Source: an uncultured delta proteobacterium
GTDB taxonomy: Bacteria; Desulfobacterota; Binatia; Binatales; Binataceae
NCBI GenBank assembly: GCA_963794325.1
Contig: CAWCDG010000005.1
Coordinates: 320,001-384,000 of the forward strand
Direction: 5' to 3'
DNA: 64,000 nt
Each line of letters starts with the position of its first letter. The stretch's first letter is position 1. The position numbers were made by a program, and so were the translations under genes. Shown piece after piece: positions 51,082-60,310 of the stretch. Under the pieces are notes generated by a model that worked only from the letters and a program-made list of their open reading frames with translations, did not search any database and was not told the origin of the DNA.

Positions 51082-52096
51082 TCAGGATGCCAAGGGGGTC
51101 TGTCCATGACGCTACTTGCCCCGAGGGTGTTCCTGCCTCGTGCGCGTGACAACTGAAGCATTTCCCGATCTCTCTGGTGCTCGAATCCCGCGGCTTCTCA
51201 CTCTCCTCGATATGCAGATGACACTCGGCACACTCCGCCTTTAGATGACCCGCGGAATGAGGTGTGAAAGTCGCGTTGATAGGACGGAACACTGCTGACT
51301 CAACAAACGGGATTGTCGGAGGCTCGGGCGTAGCGCTGCCGGCGGCGCTCGCGAGCTTCAAGTCTTCGTCCTGCCAACTCGAATGGCAGGTGCTTGCGGT
51401 GCATCCGGTGGTTACTATCGCAAATTCTTCGGGCTTTTCGCGTGACGGAGCGCTCACCAGATGACACGACCGGCAAGCGAGATGCTGTTCCGTGTGATCG
51501 AGCCCGCCGGCCAGCTCCGCAGCGGCCTTCTCGGCAGCTTGCTTGCGCGACGCTGATCGCATCCTTTGCGCGTCGGTTCTCGCTTCCCGCAAGTGTTTGA
51601 GAGTGTCTTCGAGATGCTGCTTATGGTTGAAGTCCTTGGCAAAGTTTTGGATCGACTTCCATTGAACATGCAGGCTGTGACCGTGTGCGCCGACCCCAGC
51701 TATCGAGTCATGCGCATGACACGCGCTGCAACTAGTTCCCGAAGTGGCGACAAAATCGACCTTGCGGCCCTTGTGATCCGTATGGCAAGAAAGACATGCC
51801 AGTTGATCGTTGAAACCAGCCAGATGCTTTCCGGGGTCCAGCCCAACGTCCTTGTCGTCGAGATTGACGTTCAAGTGGTCGGAGTTATGAATAATGTTAC
51901 CGTGACAATCGACACATCCGGTGCTGGCTAACGCGACGCCGCTCCACGGCTGGTGGCATACGGCGCAGTTTCCACCGAAGGGCTCGTGACCTTCAAGGAC
52001 AGGGCCCGGCGAATAACTTCGATGGAATGAGAGCAGGATGGCCAGCACCGCCAGTGTGACTATGCCGGCGACTGTCAGTTGGCTACGGCGCTTCAT
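51017..52096 (-). CDS. Multiheme cytochrome c (c3-like); probable N-terminal part of a fusion
   Basis: N-terminal TM helix then SPGP; 7 CxxCH plus CTASTCH. ATG 52096 overlaps the upstream stop (ATGA). Confidence 0.85.
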   Translation of the reverse strand: MKRRSQLTVAGIVTLAVLAILLSFHRSYSPGPVLEGHEPFGGNCAVCHQPWSGVALASTGCVDCHGNIIHNSDHLNVNLDDKDVGLDPGKHLAGFNDQLACLSCHTDHKGRKVDFVATSGTSCSACHAHDSIAGVGAHGHSLHVQWKSIQNFAKDFNHKQHLEDTLKHLREARTDAQRMRSASRKQAAEKAAAELAGGLDHTEQHLACRSCHLVSAPSREKPEEFAIVTTGCTASTCHSSWQDEDLKLASAAGSATPEPPTIPFVESAVFRPINATFTPHSAGHLKAECAECHLHIEESEKPRDSSTREIGKCFSCHAHEAGTPSGQVASWTDPLGILSSSRAEAGQLEVLELSMGEDA

Positions 52097-53028
52097 ATTC
52101 CGCCGAAGTAAAGAACCCCTACCACGTGAAATATCAGAAGTGCGAATGTCAGCACCGATAAGACTATGTGAAGATCCAGCCACCCAGTGCTGAGATGAAT
52201 ATTGAAAGAGTTATGATCGAGATTTACCTTGCGAGCCGCGAGGGCTAGAAGCTCGCGATAGGTCTTCTCATCGCCGGATTCTGCAATCCTTGCGGCCGCC
52301 GCCGCGCAGACTTGCTGACCGGGATCGATACCCTTTATCGTCGCCATCAAGAGAGTCCATCTCGACGCGGATCTATCGCTGAGAAGTATAGGCTTGATGT
52401 GGTCGATGTATGCCTTGGTTAGCTGCTCGCTATGCCCGAGAATTTTCTCCTCTGCCTCGCGATAGACCGCGCTGACCTTGGAATCGACATCCTCGAGCCG
52501 CACCTGGTGCTCGGCGAGCCGCGTCATCGCGTGCGGAAGTTTGTCCTGCAGTATCGCGCCGAAGATTCCGCTGATGAATAGCAACAGCACGAGTGTTGCG
52601 AGCGCAGCCTCCAAAGGACTCATCGCGGTCGTGGTGATGTGCCACGACAAGGGCAGCAACGCGAGCATCCCGAGCGTGAGATGAAACGCGCGCCATGTTT
52701 CGAGCCGATCTAGCTGGACCAGCCGATGTTGAATTGAGGCTGGAAAGATCTTCCCAGTGAATTGCAGCACGCGGATCGAGAACCAGATGTTGCGCTTGCG
52801 GACGCTGTACCATGCGATCGCGATAAAGCTTGCCAGCGCGATAGAGCCCGACCAGTATTCTCCAATCTCACGCCCGAAGGTTGAAGTCGCCGCGTTCAGG
52901 CCTGCCACCGCGATCAGACAAATGGTCAGCCAGAGCCAGATGCGGATCGGGATCGCGCGACCTCGGCGATCGCGAATATTCAAGGTTGGTCGGTTTGCGG
53001 CGGCGGCTCGAGCCTCTCGAGTAGCCAT
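52093..53028 (-). CDS. Membrane protein with paired TM histidines (cytochrome b / ferric-reductase-like)
   Basis: WRAFHLTLG..SWH and WLDLHIVLS..LIFHVV helices. Confidence 0.65.
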   Translation of the reverse strand: MATREARAAAANRPTLNIRDRRGRAIPIRIWLWLTICLIAVAGLNAATSTFGREIGEYWSGSIALASFIAIAWYSVRKRNIWFSIRVLQFTGKIFPASIQHRLVQLDRLETWRAFHLTLGMLALLPLSWHITTTAMSPLEAALATLVLLLFISGIFGAILQDKLPHAMTRLAEHQVRLEDVDSKVSAVYREAEEKILGHSEQLTKAYIDHIKPILLSDRSASRWTLLMATIKGIDPGQQVCAAAAARIAESGDEKTYRELLALAARKVNLDHNSFNIHLSTGWLDLHIVLSVLTFALLIFHVVGVLYFGGI

Positions 53029-53031
53029 CGG

Positions 53032-54706
53032 CTAGTCGTTCGAGCCCATGGCTTTTCTGACGCGATCGGGCCCGGCGATTACCACGCCGGTCGCGGTCGG
53101 GAAGAGATCGGAAGGCTTGATTCTCATCGCGGAGCCCGTCGGGCACGCATGAACACATCCCATGAACGGAAGCCCGTCGCACAGATCGCACTTTATGGGA
53201 TAGGCAGCCGGGATGTGGGCCGCGCTCTTTGACAAAGACTCGGTGCTCGATTCGGACTGCTCTTTGGATGCCTGATTGCGGCCAAGAATCCGTTGCCAGA
53301 GGCTGCGCTCGATCCGCTCGTGATCGCCGCGCTCGTGACTCGCAAAGATCCTGCTCCATAGGCCTTGTTCGACCGCGTGTGAAGGAACCGGATAAGGCCG
53401 GAAGAATTCTTTGCCGAGAGTCTCGGCTTTTCGATCCTGCGCCGCATCGAACTTACCGGTCTCGATCATCGCGATGTTGTCGTAGGGGCAGGCGATCGCG
53501 CAATTGCCGCATCCGATGCACATGTCGTATTGAAAGTAGATCTCGCCTTCCGGCCTTCGCTTGACCGCGCCGGTCGGGCAACTGTTCATGCATTTGGGAT
53601 CGTCGCAATGGCGGCACGCGGCCGGTATCAGGTATTTGCCCAGCTGGATCCCGGTCCTAATCAGGCGGCTGGTGCCATGAAGCGACTCGCACGCGGTTAC
53701 GCAATTATCGCACTTGACGCATAGGTCCAGATCCATCACCAGCAGCGCATCGGCCTGAATGACGCCAAACTGTCCGCTGTCTTTCAGAATCTCCGATAGC
53801 TCCGGCGTCAACTGTTCCTCAGCCGCGAGGCGGCGTTCTATGGTCGAACGCACTTGCGCTTCGGCCGAAGGAAATTGCTTGATGAGAGCCGCGACGTCCT
53901 CGCCGAGAATCTTGATCACCTCGCACTTACCCGCCGTTAAGACGCTCGCATTGCGAACGCCGCCACCGCCGATCAGCGACATCTCGCCGAAATACTCGCC
54001 GGCCCGCCGATATGCGAGCACCCGTTGAGTGCCATCTTTGGCTTGGCGGACAACTTGGACGTAGCCGTCGCGGACGATGTACAGACTGTCGCCGACCTCA
54101 CCCTGCTTGACCAGCACGATTCCGCGTTGGTCGTAGCGTTTGATCTCGCAATCCGCGAGCAGGCGATCGATGAACTCGTCCTTAACGCCCTTGAAGAGCT
54201 CGAGTTCATTGACCATCACGCGAATTGCGCGTTCGCGAAATCGGGCGGAGAGCAAGGCGCGTGCCTCGTCATTCGTTTCGACAAATTTGAGGCAATGCCG
54301 CGGGAATGTAGAAGATCTCGGCACCGTCCTGCGCAGCGACTATATCCAGCGTGCGTGGAAGTCCGCCCAACGCGCCCATTTCGCCGTAGAACTCGCCGGC
54401 GACACGCGCGGCAACCTTGGTCCTGACCGCGCCATCGATTTCGAAGAGGTCCACGCCGCCCTTCAGAATGAAGCAGAGATCGAGCTCATATTCGCCCTTA
54501 CTGCAGATGAGCTCGCCCCGGCGAAAATTCGCGAGGCGCATCGCAGCCTCGGAATCAAAGCCTTTCAGGAATGCGTCGCGCTGTTCGTCAGAAAAATGTT
54601 TGAAGAGATCGAATCCGGAAAGCTCGGACCACAATTCGTTCCCGGGCCTTCTAATCGGTACTCCAGCAAAACTCACAGGGCCACCGGCTACCGTGCCGCT
54701 GCTCAT
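53032..54706 (-). CDS. Tandem cyclic-nucleotide-binding domains plus 4x[4Fe-4S] ferredoxin; frameshift near 54300
   Basis: GEFYGEMGALGGLPRT and GEYFGEMSLIGGGGVRNASV; CVKCDNCVTAC, CRHCDDPKCMNSCP, CIGCGNCAIACP and CDLC..CVHACP. Joins as AEIFYIP/RHCLKF. Confidence 0.85.
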
Positions 54707-54741
54707 CTGTCAATAGCGGCCGACTGAACCGCATTTCGCTT

Positions 54742-55464
54742 TTAGAATCTTTCCTTGAAGGGACGGACTTCGAGCTCCATCGTCCATGCGCTCGGATCCT
54801 GATGCGCGAGATGCCAGTAGGTCTCTGCGATCGCCTCGGGCTTGAGAAAGTCGCCGTCTTTCAGGCTCGGCTTTAGTCCCCGCGCGCCAGGGATGTCGAT
54901 GCTGCCGTCCACGTTGATCCACACCACGTGGATGCCTTTCGGACCAAGGTCGCGAGCGAGTGATTGCGCCAGCCCGCGCATCGCGAACTTCGCGGGTCCA
55001 AACGAGACCGACTTCGCCCCAGCCTTCACGCCGGCGGTCGCCCCGGTGAAGAGCATCGTGCCATGCCCGCGCGCGATCATGCCGGGCGCGACTTCCTTGG
55101 CTGCGACGAACGCCCCGAGCGCATTCACCCGCCAGTCCGCTTCGTACTGCTCGGGCGTGATCTCTGTGATACTTCCGAATGCGCCGGTGCCCGCGTTATA
55201 GAGGAGCACCTCGGGCTCGCCGAGTTCTTTCCGAATGACGCGAAACGCATCGGCTATCTGCGCGGGATCGCTGACATCGCAACTGACGTCCAACACCGTC
55301 GCGCCGCTCTTCCGGACCTCGCCAGCGAGTGCTTTCAAATACTCCGCTTTGCGCGCGAGCATGGCGACCGCGTAGTTCGTAGCGAAGCGACGGGCGAGTG
55401 CGGCGCCAAGTCCCGGACCGACTCCGATAACGACCGCAACAGGTTGGTTAGACAGGGTACCCAT
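54742..55464 (-). CDS. SDR family oxidoreductase
   Basis: GVGPGLG, LYNAG, FTGATA and AKFAMRGLAQSLAR motifs. Confidence 0.9.
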   Translation of the reverse strand: MGTLSNQPVAVVIGVGPGLGAALARRFATNYAVAMLARKAEYLKALAGEVRKSGATVLDVSCDVSDPAQIADAFRVIRKELGEPEVLLYNAGTGAFGSITEITPEQYEADWRVNALGAFVAAKEVAPGMIARGHGTMLFTGATAGVKAGAKSVSFGPAKFAMRGLAQSLARDLGPKGIHVVWINVDGSIDIPGARGLKPSLKDGDFLKPEAIAETYWHLAHQDPSAWTMELEVRPFKERF

Positions 55465-55540
55465 AACTGGTGCTCCTTTGTGCGTGACGCGCTAGCGACT
55501 GCTCGCCAAGTGCATTCTCGCATGACACTCCAGTGATTGC

Positions 55541-56398
55541 CTATTTGTCTGCGGCGACATCGGAGCCGCTCCGGTCACTGGGTGCAGGGGTCACCCCTGC
55601 CGCCAGGATCGCGAGCGCGGTCTTGTGCAGCTCGCGATCGCCGGCGGCGATGATTTGTCCACCGTCGTACGGCGAGCCGCCCGACCAGTTCGTCACGACT
55701 CCACCCGCAGCCTCGATGATCGGGATGAGCGGCTGGATATCGTAAGGCTGCAAGCCCGATTCGATAACCAGGTCGATGAAGCCCGCGGCGACGAGGCAGA
55801 ACGAATAGCAATCGCCGCCGTAACGCCTCATGCGCGCCTTCGACGCCACCGCTCGAAACGCATCGCGCTCGCCCGGTCCCGTGAACATCGCAGGATCGGT
55901 TGCGCTGACGATCGCGTCGTCGAGCCGCCGGCATTCCCGCACGTTAAGCTTGTCGCTGGAACCGCCGCGCCTCAGTTCGGCCCCCATGCGCGAACCAACG
56001 AACGTCTCACCCGTGTACGGCTGATGCATCACGCCAATCACCGGCCGCACACCGTCGTTGAGTGCGATCAAAACTCCCCAATGCAGTTGTCCGATAATGA
56101 ACGCTCGCGTGCCGTCGATCGGATCGATGATCCAGGTGAGCGGGTCGGTGCCGGCTGCGAAGCCATGCTCCTCGCCGAGGATGTTGTGGCCGGGATAGAC
56201 GCGCTGAATCTCGTCGCGAATCGCCTGCTCCGCCGCACGATCGGCGAGCGTCACCGGATCGTAGCCGGCCCCGGCGATCTTGTTCTCGACCTCGAGGCGC
56301 GCGCGAAAGTGCGGCAGGATCGTGCGTCCCGCGAGGTCCGCGAGATGGCACGCGAATGCGGTGTACTCCGAGATCGCGCGATCGTCCATCGTCGTCAT
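55541..56398 (-). CDS. hisN: Histidinol-phosphatase, inositol monophosphatase family
   Basis: DPVTLADRAAE, GEE, WIIDPIDGTRAF, GGDCY and LQPYD motifs. Confidence 0.85.
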   Translation of the reverse strand: MTTMDDRAISEYTAFACHLADLAGRTILPHFRARLEVENKIAGAGYDPVTLADRAAEQAIRDEIQRVYPGHNILGEEHGFAAGTDPLTWIIDPIDGTRAFIIGQLHWGVLIALNDGVRPVIGVMHQPYTGETFVGSRMGAELRRGGSSDKLNVRECRRLDDAIVSATDPAMFTGPGERDAFRAVASKARMRRYGGDCYSFCLVAAGFIDLVIESGLQPYDIQPLIPIIEAAGGVVTNWSGGSPYDGGQIIAAGDRELHKTALAILAAGVTPAPSDRSGSDVAADK

Positions 56399-56463
56399 AG
56401 TTGGCAATCGAGGAAGTTTTTGCAATGCATGGAAGGCGATAATGTTGAAGGGCGGCGCAATAG

Positions 56464-57162
56464 TTGGACGGCCCAAGTTTGCGAGTTGACAAAATCCTTG
56501 TGAATACCGAACGAATCAGAATCGAAAGGGACCGCGCGGCTTTACTGATAGTCGACATGCAACCGGATTTCCTTCCGGGCGGCACATTGCCCGTCCCCGG
56601 AGCGGACGCGATTGTGTCCCCTATGCGCAAACTAATGAACTCCGGGTGCTTCGACTTGATCGTCGCATCGCAGGACTGGCACCCGCGCGACCACGTTTCG
56701 TTTGCCAGCAACCATCCTGGTCGAAAGCCGATGGACACGATCGAGCTCTACGGCCATCCGCAAACCCTCTGGCCCGACCACTGTATCCAGGGCACACCGG
56801 GTGCCGCGATGCATCCGGAGCTGCCTTGGGAGAGAGTCGCCGCAATCATCAGAAAGGCCACCGATCGACAAACTGATTCTTACAGTGCGCTTCGCAACAA
56901 CTGGAATCCGCAAGGCAATCGGCCGCCGACCGGACTGACCGGTTATCTTAAGAATCGAGGCATCGAAGATCTCTTCCTATGCGGTGTCGCCGGCGACTTC
57001 TGCGTCAAATGGACTGCCGAGGACGCCCTCGATGAAGGCCTCCGCGTGCACGTAATTTGGGACCTATGTCGATCTATCGATCCTTCATCTGACGAGCTAG
57101 TCGCTCGCGCGCTCCACTCGCGCGGCGCCGATATCATCTCCGTCCTGAACCTGCCGCTGTAG
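56464..57162 (+). CDS. pncA: Nicotinamidase/pyrazinamidase
   Basis: VDMQPDF, SQDWHP, LWPDHC, RKA..DSYSA and GVAGDFCV. Start may be GTG ~56500. Confidence 0.9.
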   Translation: MDGPSLRVDKILVNTERIRIERDRAALLIVDMQPDFLPGGTLPVPGADAIVSPMRKLMNSGCFDLIVASQDWHPRDHVSFASNHPGRKPMDTIELYGHPQTLWPDHCIQGTPGAAMHPELPWERVAAIIRKATDRQTDSYSALRNNWNPQGNRPPTGLTGYLKNRGIEDLFLCGVAGDFCVKWTAEDALDEGLRVHVIWDLCRSIDPSSDELVARALHSRGADIISVLNLPL

Positions 57163-57205
57163 GCTCGACGGCAAGCGTTCCCGCAAGTGTGCCGCATAGC
57201 CGCGG

Positions 57206-58633
57206 TTACGGGACTTCGGTGCTCGCGTCCAGCCACGCGAGCATCAGCTCATTCACCATCGACGGATCGAGCGAGGCCGCGCCGCCGCCGTACACCGCGC
57301 CGCTGCGCGCGGGCGTCGCCGGCGGATTCTTCGCGTATTCGACGCCGGCCGCGATGTCCCTGACGAAGCGCGTCGCAACTCCCGGCAGCGTCTGCGGCAA
57401 TGTGACGCACAGATGAAAGCCCGCGGGCTTCTGAAGCCCGTTGAGACGCCATCCGCGCTCCGCGAGAAAATCGTTCACGTGGTAGATATCCACCTGGTCG
57501 GACGTGAACGCGATGCAGTAGGTCGGCTTGCCGATAATCTTGAGCTCAGGGATTTTTGCGACTCCTGTTTTGATCGTATCCGCTGCCTTCATGATGCGCC
57601 GCGTCGCCTTCAGGTAGCCCTCCTCGCCGAGCGTGACCATCGCGGCCCAGGTCGATGCGCTGATTCCCTCCGAGCGGCTGCCGGCAACCGTCGGCGACGC
57701 ATACAACCCGCCCTGCCAGTCGGTGATCGAAAAGTACATGCGCCGGCGCAACGCGCGATTTCGATAGAGCACGACTGACGCACCCTTCAGCCCATAGCCC
57801 CATTTGTGCGTGTCGCAGGACATCGAGGTGACGCCCGGCAAACGGAAGTCGAACACAGGAATGTCGTACCCGAGCTTCGCGATCCACGGCAGGATGAACC
57901 CGCCGAAGCAGCTATCGACATGCAGGCCGATGCCGGCTTCTAGCGCGAGGTTGGATAACTTCTCGATCGGATCGATCAACCCGTGCGGATAATTCGCCGC
58001 CGAGCCCGCGATCGCGATGGTGTTGGGACCGATTGCGCGCCGCATCGCGTCCACGTCGGCCAGGTAATCGGGGCCGACCGGTACGCGAATCAGCTTGATG
58101 CCGAAAAAGTGCGCGCCTTTTGAAAATGCCGGATGAATCGTGTCCGGCACCACCATCTCGGGCGCCGTGATTGCGCGCTCGGCCCGCGCTTTCTCCCGAT
58201 ACGCCAGCATAGGCAGGATGATGCTCTCGGTGCCGCCCGACGTGATCGCGCCGCACACGTCGGCCTGCGGATCTTTCTCGCGCGCCAGCTCTGCGCCGAG
58301 CATCCGCGCCGTCATCGCGATTACTTCGCCCTCGAACTTGGTGCCGCTCGGGCACATGTCGCGCTGCAGCAGGTTGACGTGCGAAAAGAGCGAGAACACG
58401 CGGTTGAGGTAAGCGTAGTGCTCCATCCCGCCGTGGTAGTAGGTGCCTGATATCTGGCCGGTCTGCCAGCGTGCGTTTTCCTCGCGCGCGATGCTGCGCA
58501 GCTCGCGCATGACGTCCTCGGGCTTGCGGCTCTTTGTGGGCAGCTCGCGATAGGTCTCGAAGGTTTCGCGATAGGGAAACATATCTCCGAAAGGCCCGGA
58601 GGGTTCTTGCTGCTTCTTCGCTGCTTTGGGCAT
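57206..58633 (-). CDS. Sphingosine-1-phosphate-lyase-like PLP enzyme (group II decarboxylase fold)
   Basis: SGTYYHG, TSGGTESI, LHVDSCFGG, SCDTHKWG, WQGGLYASP and GSRS motifs. Confidence 0.82.
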   Translation of the reverse strand: MPKAAKKQQEPSGPFGDMFPYRETFETYRELPTKSRKPEDVMRELRSIAREENARWQTGQISGTYYHGGMEHYAYLNRVFSLFSHVNLLQRDMCPSGTKFEGEVIAMTARMLGAELAREKDPQADVCGAITSGGTESIILPMLAYREKARAERAITAPEMVVPDTIHPAFSKGAHFFGIKLIRVPVGPDYLADVDAMRRAIGPNTIAIAGSAANYPHGLIDPIEKLSNLALEAGIGLHVDSCFGGFILPWIAKLGYDIPVFDFRLPGVTSMSCDTHKWGYGLKGASVVLYRNRALRRRMYFSITDWQGGLYASPTVAGSRSEGISASTWAAMVTLGEEGYLKATRRIMKAADTIKTGVAKIPELKIIGKPTYCIAFTSDQVDIYHVNDFLAERGWRLNGLQKPAGFHLCVTLPQTLPGVATRFVRDIAAGVEYAKNPPATPARSGAVYGGGAASLDPSMVNELMLAWLDASTEVP

Positions 58634-58699
58634 GGAACGACTCCTTGGAGATCTCTCGTCGATTTGAATACTAGTCCATCGACCCGTTCAATCCGACGC

Positions 58700-60277
58700 T
58701 CATGTGCCCGGGTTGAGGCGGCGGTAGATCGCGCGGTTGCGCTTGTAGAATTCGAGGAATTCGCGGAACTGGCGATCGTAGATGCGCCGGTTGATCTCGA
58801 TCGGCCGATACTCGGCGGCGATCTTCACCCGTCCAGAGATTTCCTCGATCGTAATCTCGCCCAGCGCGGCAAACGCCGCCATCGCAGCGCCGACAGCGTT
58901 GGCATTGCGCGGATTGGCGACCTGCCGCACTGTGCATCCGAGTACGTCGGCCTGGATCTGGCACCATAGATCAGAGCTCGCGCCGCCGCCGATGAAATTG
59001 AGCTGCTCGAACGGCCGCCCAATGAACTTCTCGAGGTGACCCTTGAGCCATCGCAGGTTGTACGCGACGCCTTCCATCACCGCGCGCACGTAATGGCCGC
59101 GGCTGGTGCGCGCAGTCTGGTTGAAGAAGGCGCTGCGCGTCGATGCGTCCTCGTGTGGTGCAAGCACCCCGTTGATCCATGGCGTGAAGATTAAGCCGTC
59201 GCTCCCGGGCGGGACTTCCGCGGCGAGCCGGTTCATGTCGGCATAAACGTCGATGGGAGAATTCGCACTTCCAGCGGGATACAAAATGTCTTTCAGGAAT
59301 TCGAGACTGCGACCCGCGGCGCCCTGCTCGGCGCCCACCATGTAGCGACCCGGGAGCGCAGCCGGCATCGCAGTCAGCATGTGCAGCGGATCGGTTTTCT
59401 TCGCCGGCACATGGCAGCTCATCCACGACGAGGTGCCGATATAGAAGTATCCCTCATAGTCGCGCACGGTGCCGGCGCCTAGGGTCGCCGCATGGCCATC
59501 GGCGGAGCCCATCACGACGCGAGTTGAAGGCGTCAGGCCGAGGTCCGCCGCGACCCCGGGTTTGATTGGGCCGAGCACGGAGTTGACCGGCCGCAAGTCA
59601 GGCAACTTCGCGCGATCGACTCCGGCCATCGCAAGCAACTCGGGTACATAGTCAATCCTGTCAGGATTGCGAATGTCAGTTAACCAGTAAGTGAACATCG
59701 TCGCGTACGACGCCGCAAATTGCCCGGTGAGGCGCAGGTTGAGGTAGTCCATCGGCTCGAGAAACTTGAAAGTCCGCGCATACATCTCGGGTCGCTCGTT
59801 CTTGATGAAGAGGATATGCCCGAGGCCATCGACGCCCGATTGAACTGGCGCGCCGCCCGTGAAGCGCAGCCATTTGAGCACCTTGAACAGTCCGTAGCCC
59901 TGGATTCGCGGCCATCCGCCGGAGACTGCGCGATTGTATTTCGCGCCGCGCGTGTCCATCCACGAGATCGCATTCCCGATTGCCGCGCCGCCCTCATCAA
60001 CGGCCACTGTGACAGCCCACAGCGTGGTGCATGCGACGGCGATGATCTGTTCCGCTGGTACGCGCGAGGCCGCGATCGCCTCCTTCGCTGAGCCGCACAC
60101 GGAGCGCCACCATTCCTCGGGATCATGCTCGACCGCACCGCCCTCCATGAACATCGTAGTGGTATGACGGATTGCCGATGCGACGACTTCACCCGCACTC
60201 GAAACAACGGCGGCCTTGGTGCTGCCGGATCCCATATCGATGGCGAGCACGTATTTCAGCGGAATGGAGGATGGCAT
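58700..60277 (-). CDS. FGGY-family carbohydrate kinase (xylulokinase-like)
   Basis: AIDMGSGSTKA, WMDTR, IGTSSW, RAVMEGVA and GGGASS motifs. Confidence 0.9.
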   Translation of the reverse strand: MPSSIPLKYVLAIDMGSGSTKAAVVSSAGEVVASAIRHTTTMFMEGGAVEHDPEEWWRSVCGSAKEAIAASRVPAEQIIAVACTTLWAVTVAVDEGGAAIGNAISWMDTRGAKYNRAVSGGWPRIQGYGLFKVLKWLRFTGGAPVQSGVDGLGHILFIKNERPEMYARTFKFLEPMDYLNLRLTGQFAASYATMFTYWLTDIRNPDRIDYVPELLAMAGVDRAKLPDLRPVNSVLGPIKPGVAADLGLTPSTRVVMGSADGHAATLGAGTVRDYEGYFYIGTSSWMSCHVPAKKTDPLHMLTAMPAALPGRYMVGAEQGAAGRSLEFLKDILYPAGSANSPIDVYADMNRLAAEVPPGSDGLIFTPWINGVLAPHEDASTRSAFFNQTARTSRGHYVRAVMEGVAYNLRWLKGHLEKFIGRPFEQLNFIGGGASSDLWCQIQADVLGCTVRQVANPRNANAVGAAMAAFAALGEITIEEISGRVKIAAEYRPIEINRRIYDRQFREFLEFYKRNRAIYRRLNPGT

Positions 60278-60310
60278 CAGTAATTCCGCTCGCGCTGGAC
60301 GGTTTCGCGG

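Noticed and set aside
40470-54740. Redox island as a bounded mobile element
   Set aside because: Codon usage looks somewhat less GC-biased by eye, but no integrase, tRNA, att repeat or IS end was seen, and GC was not computed.
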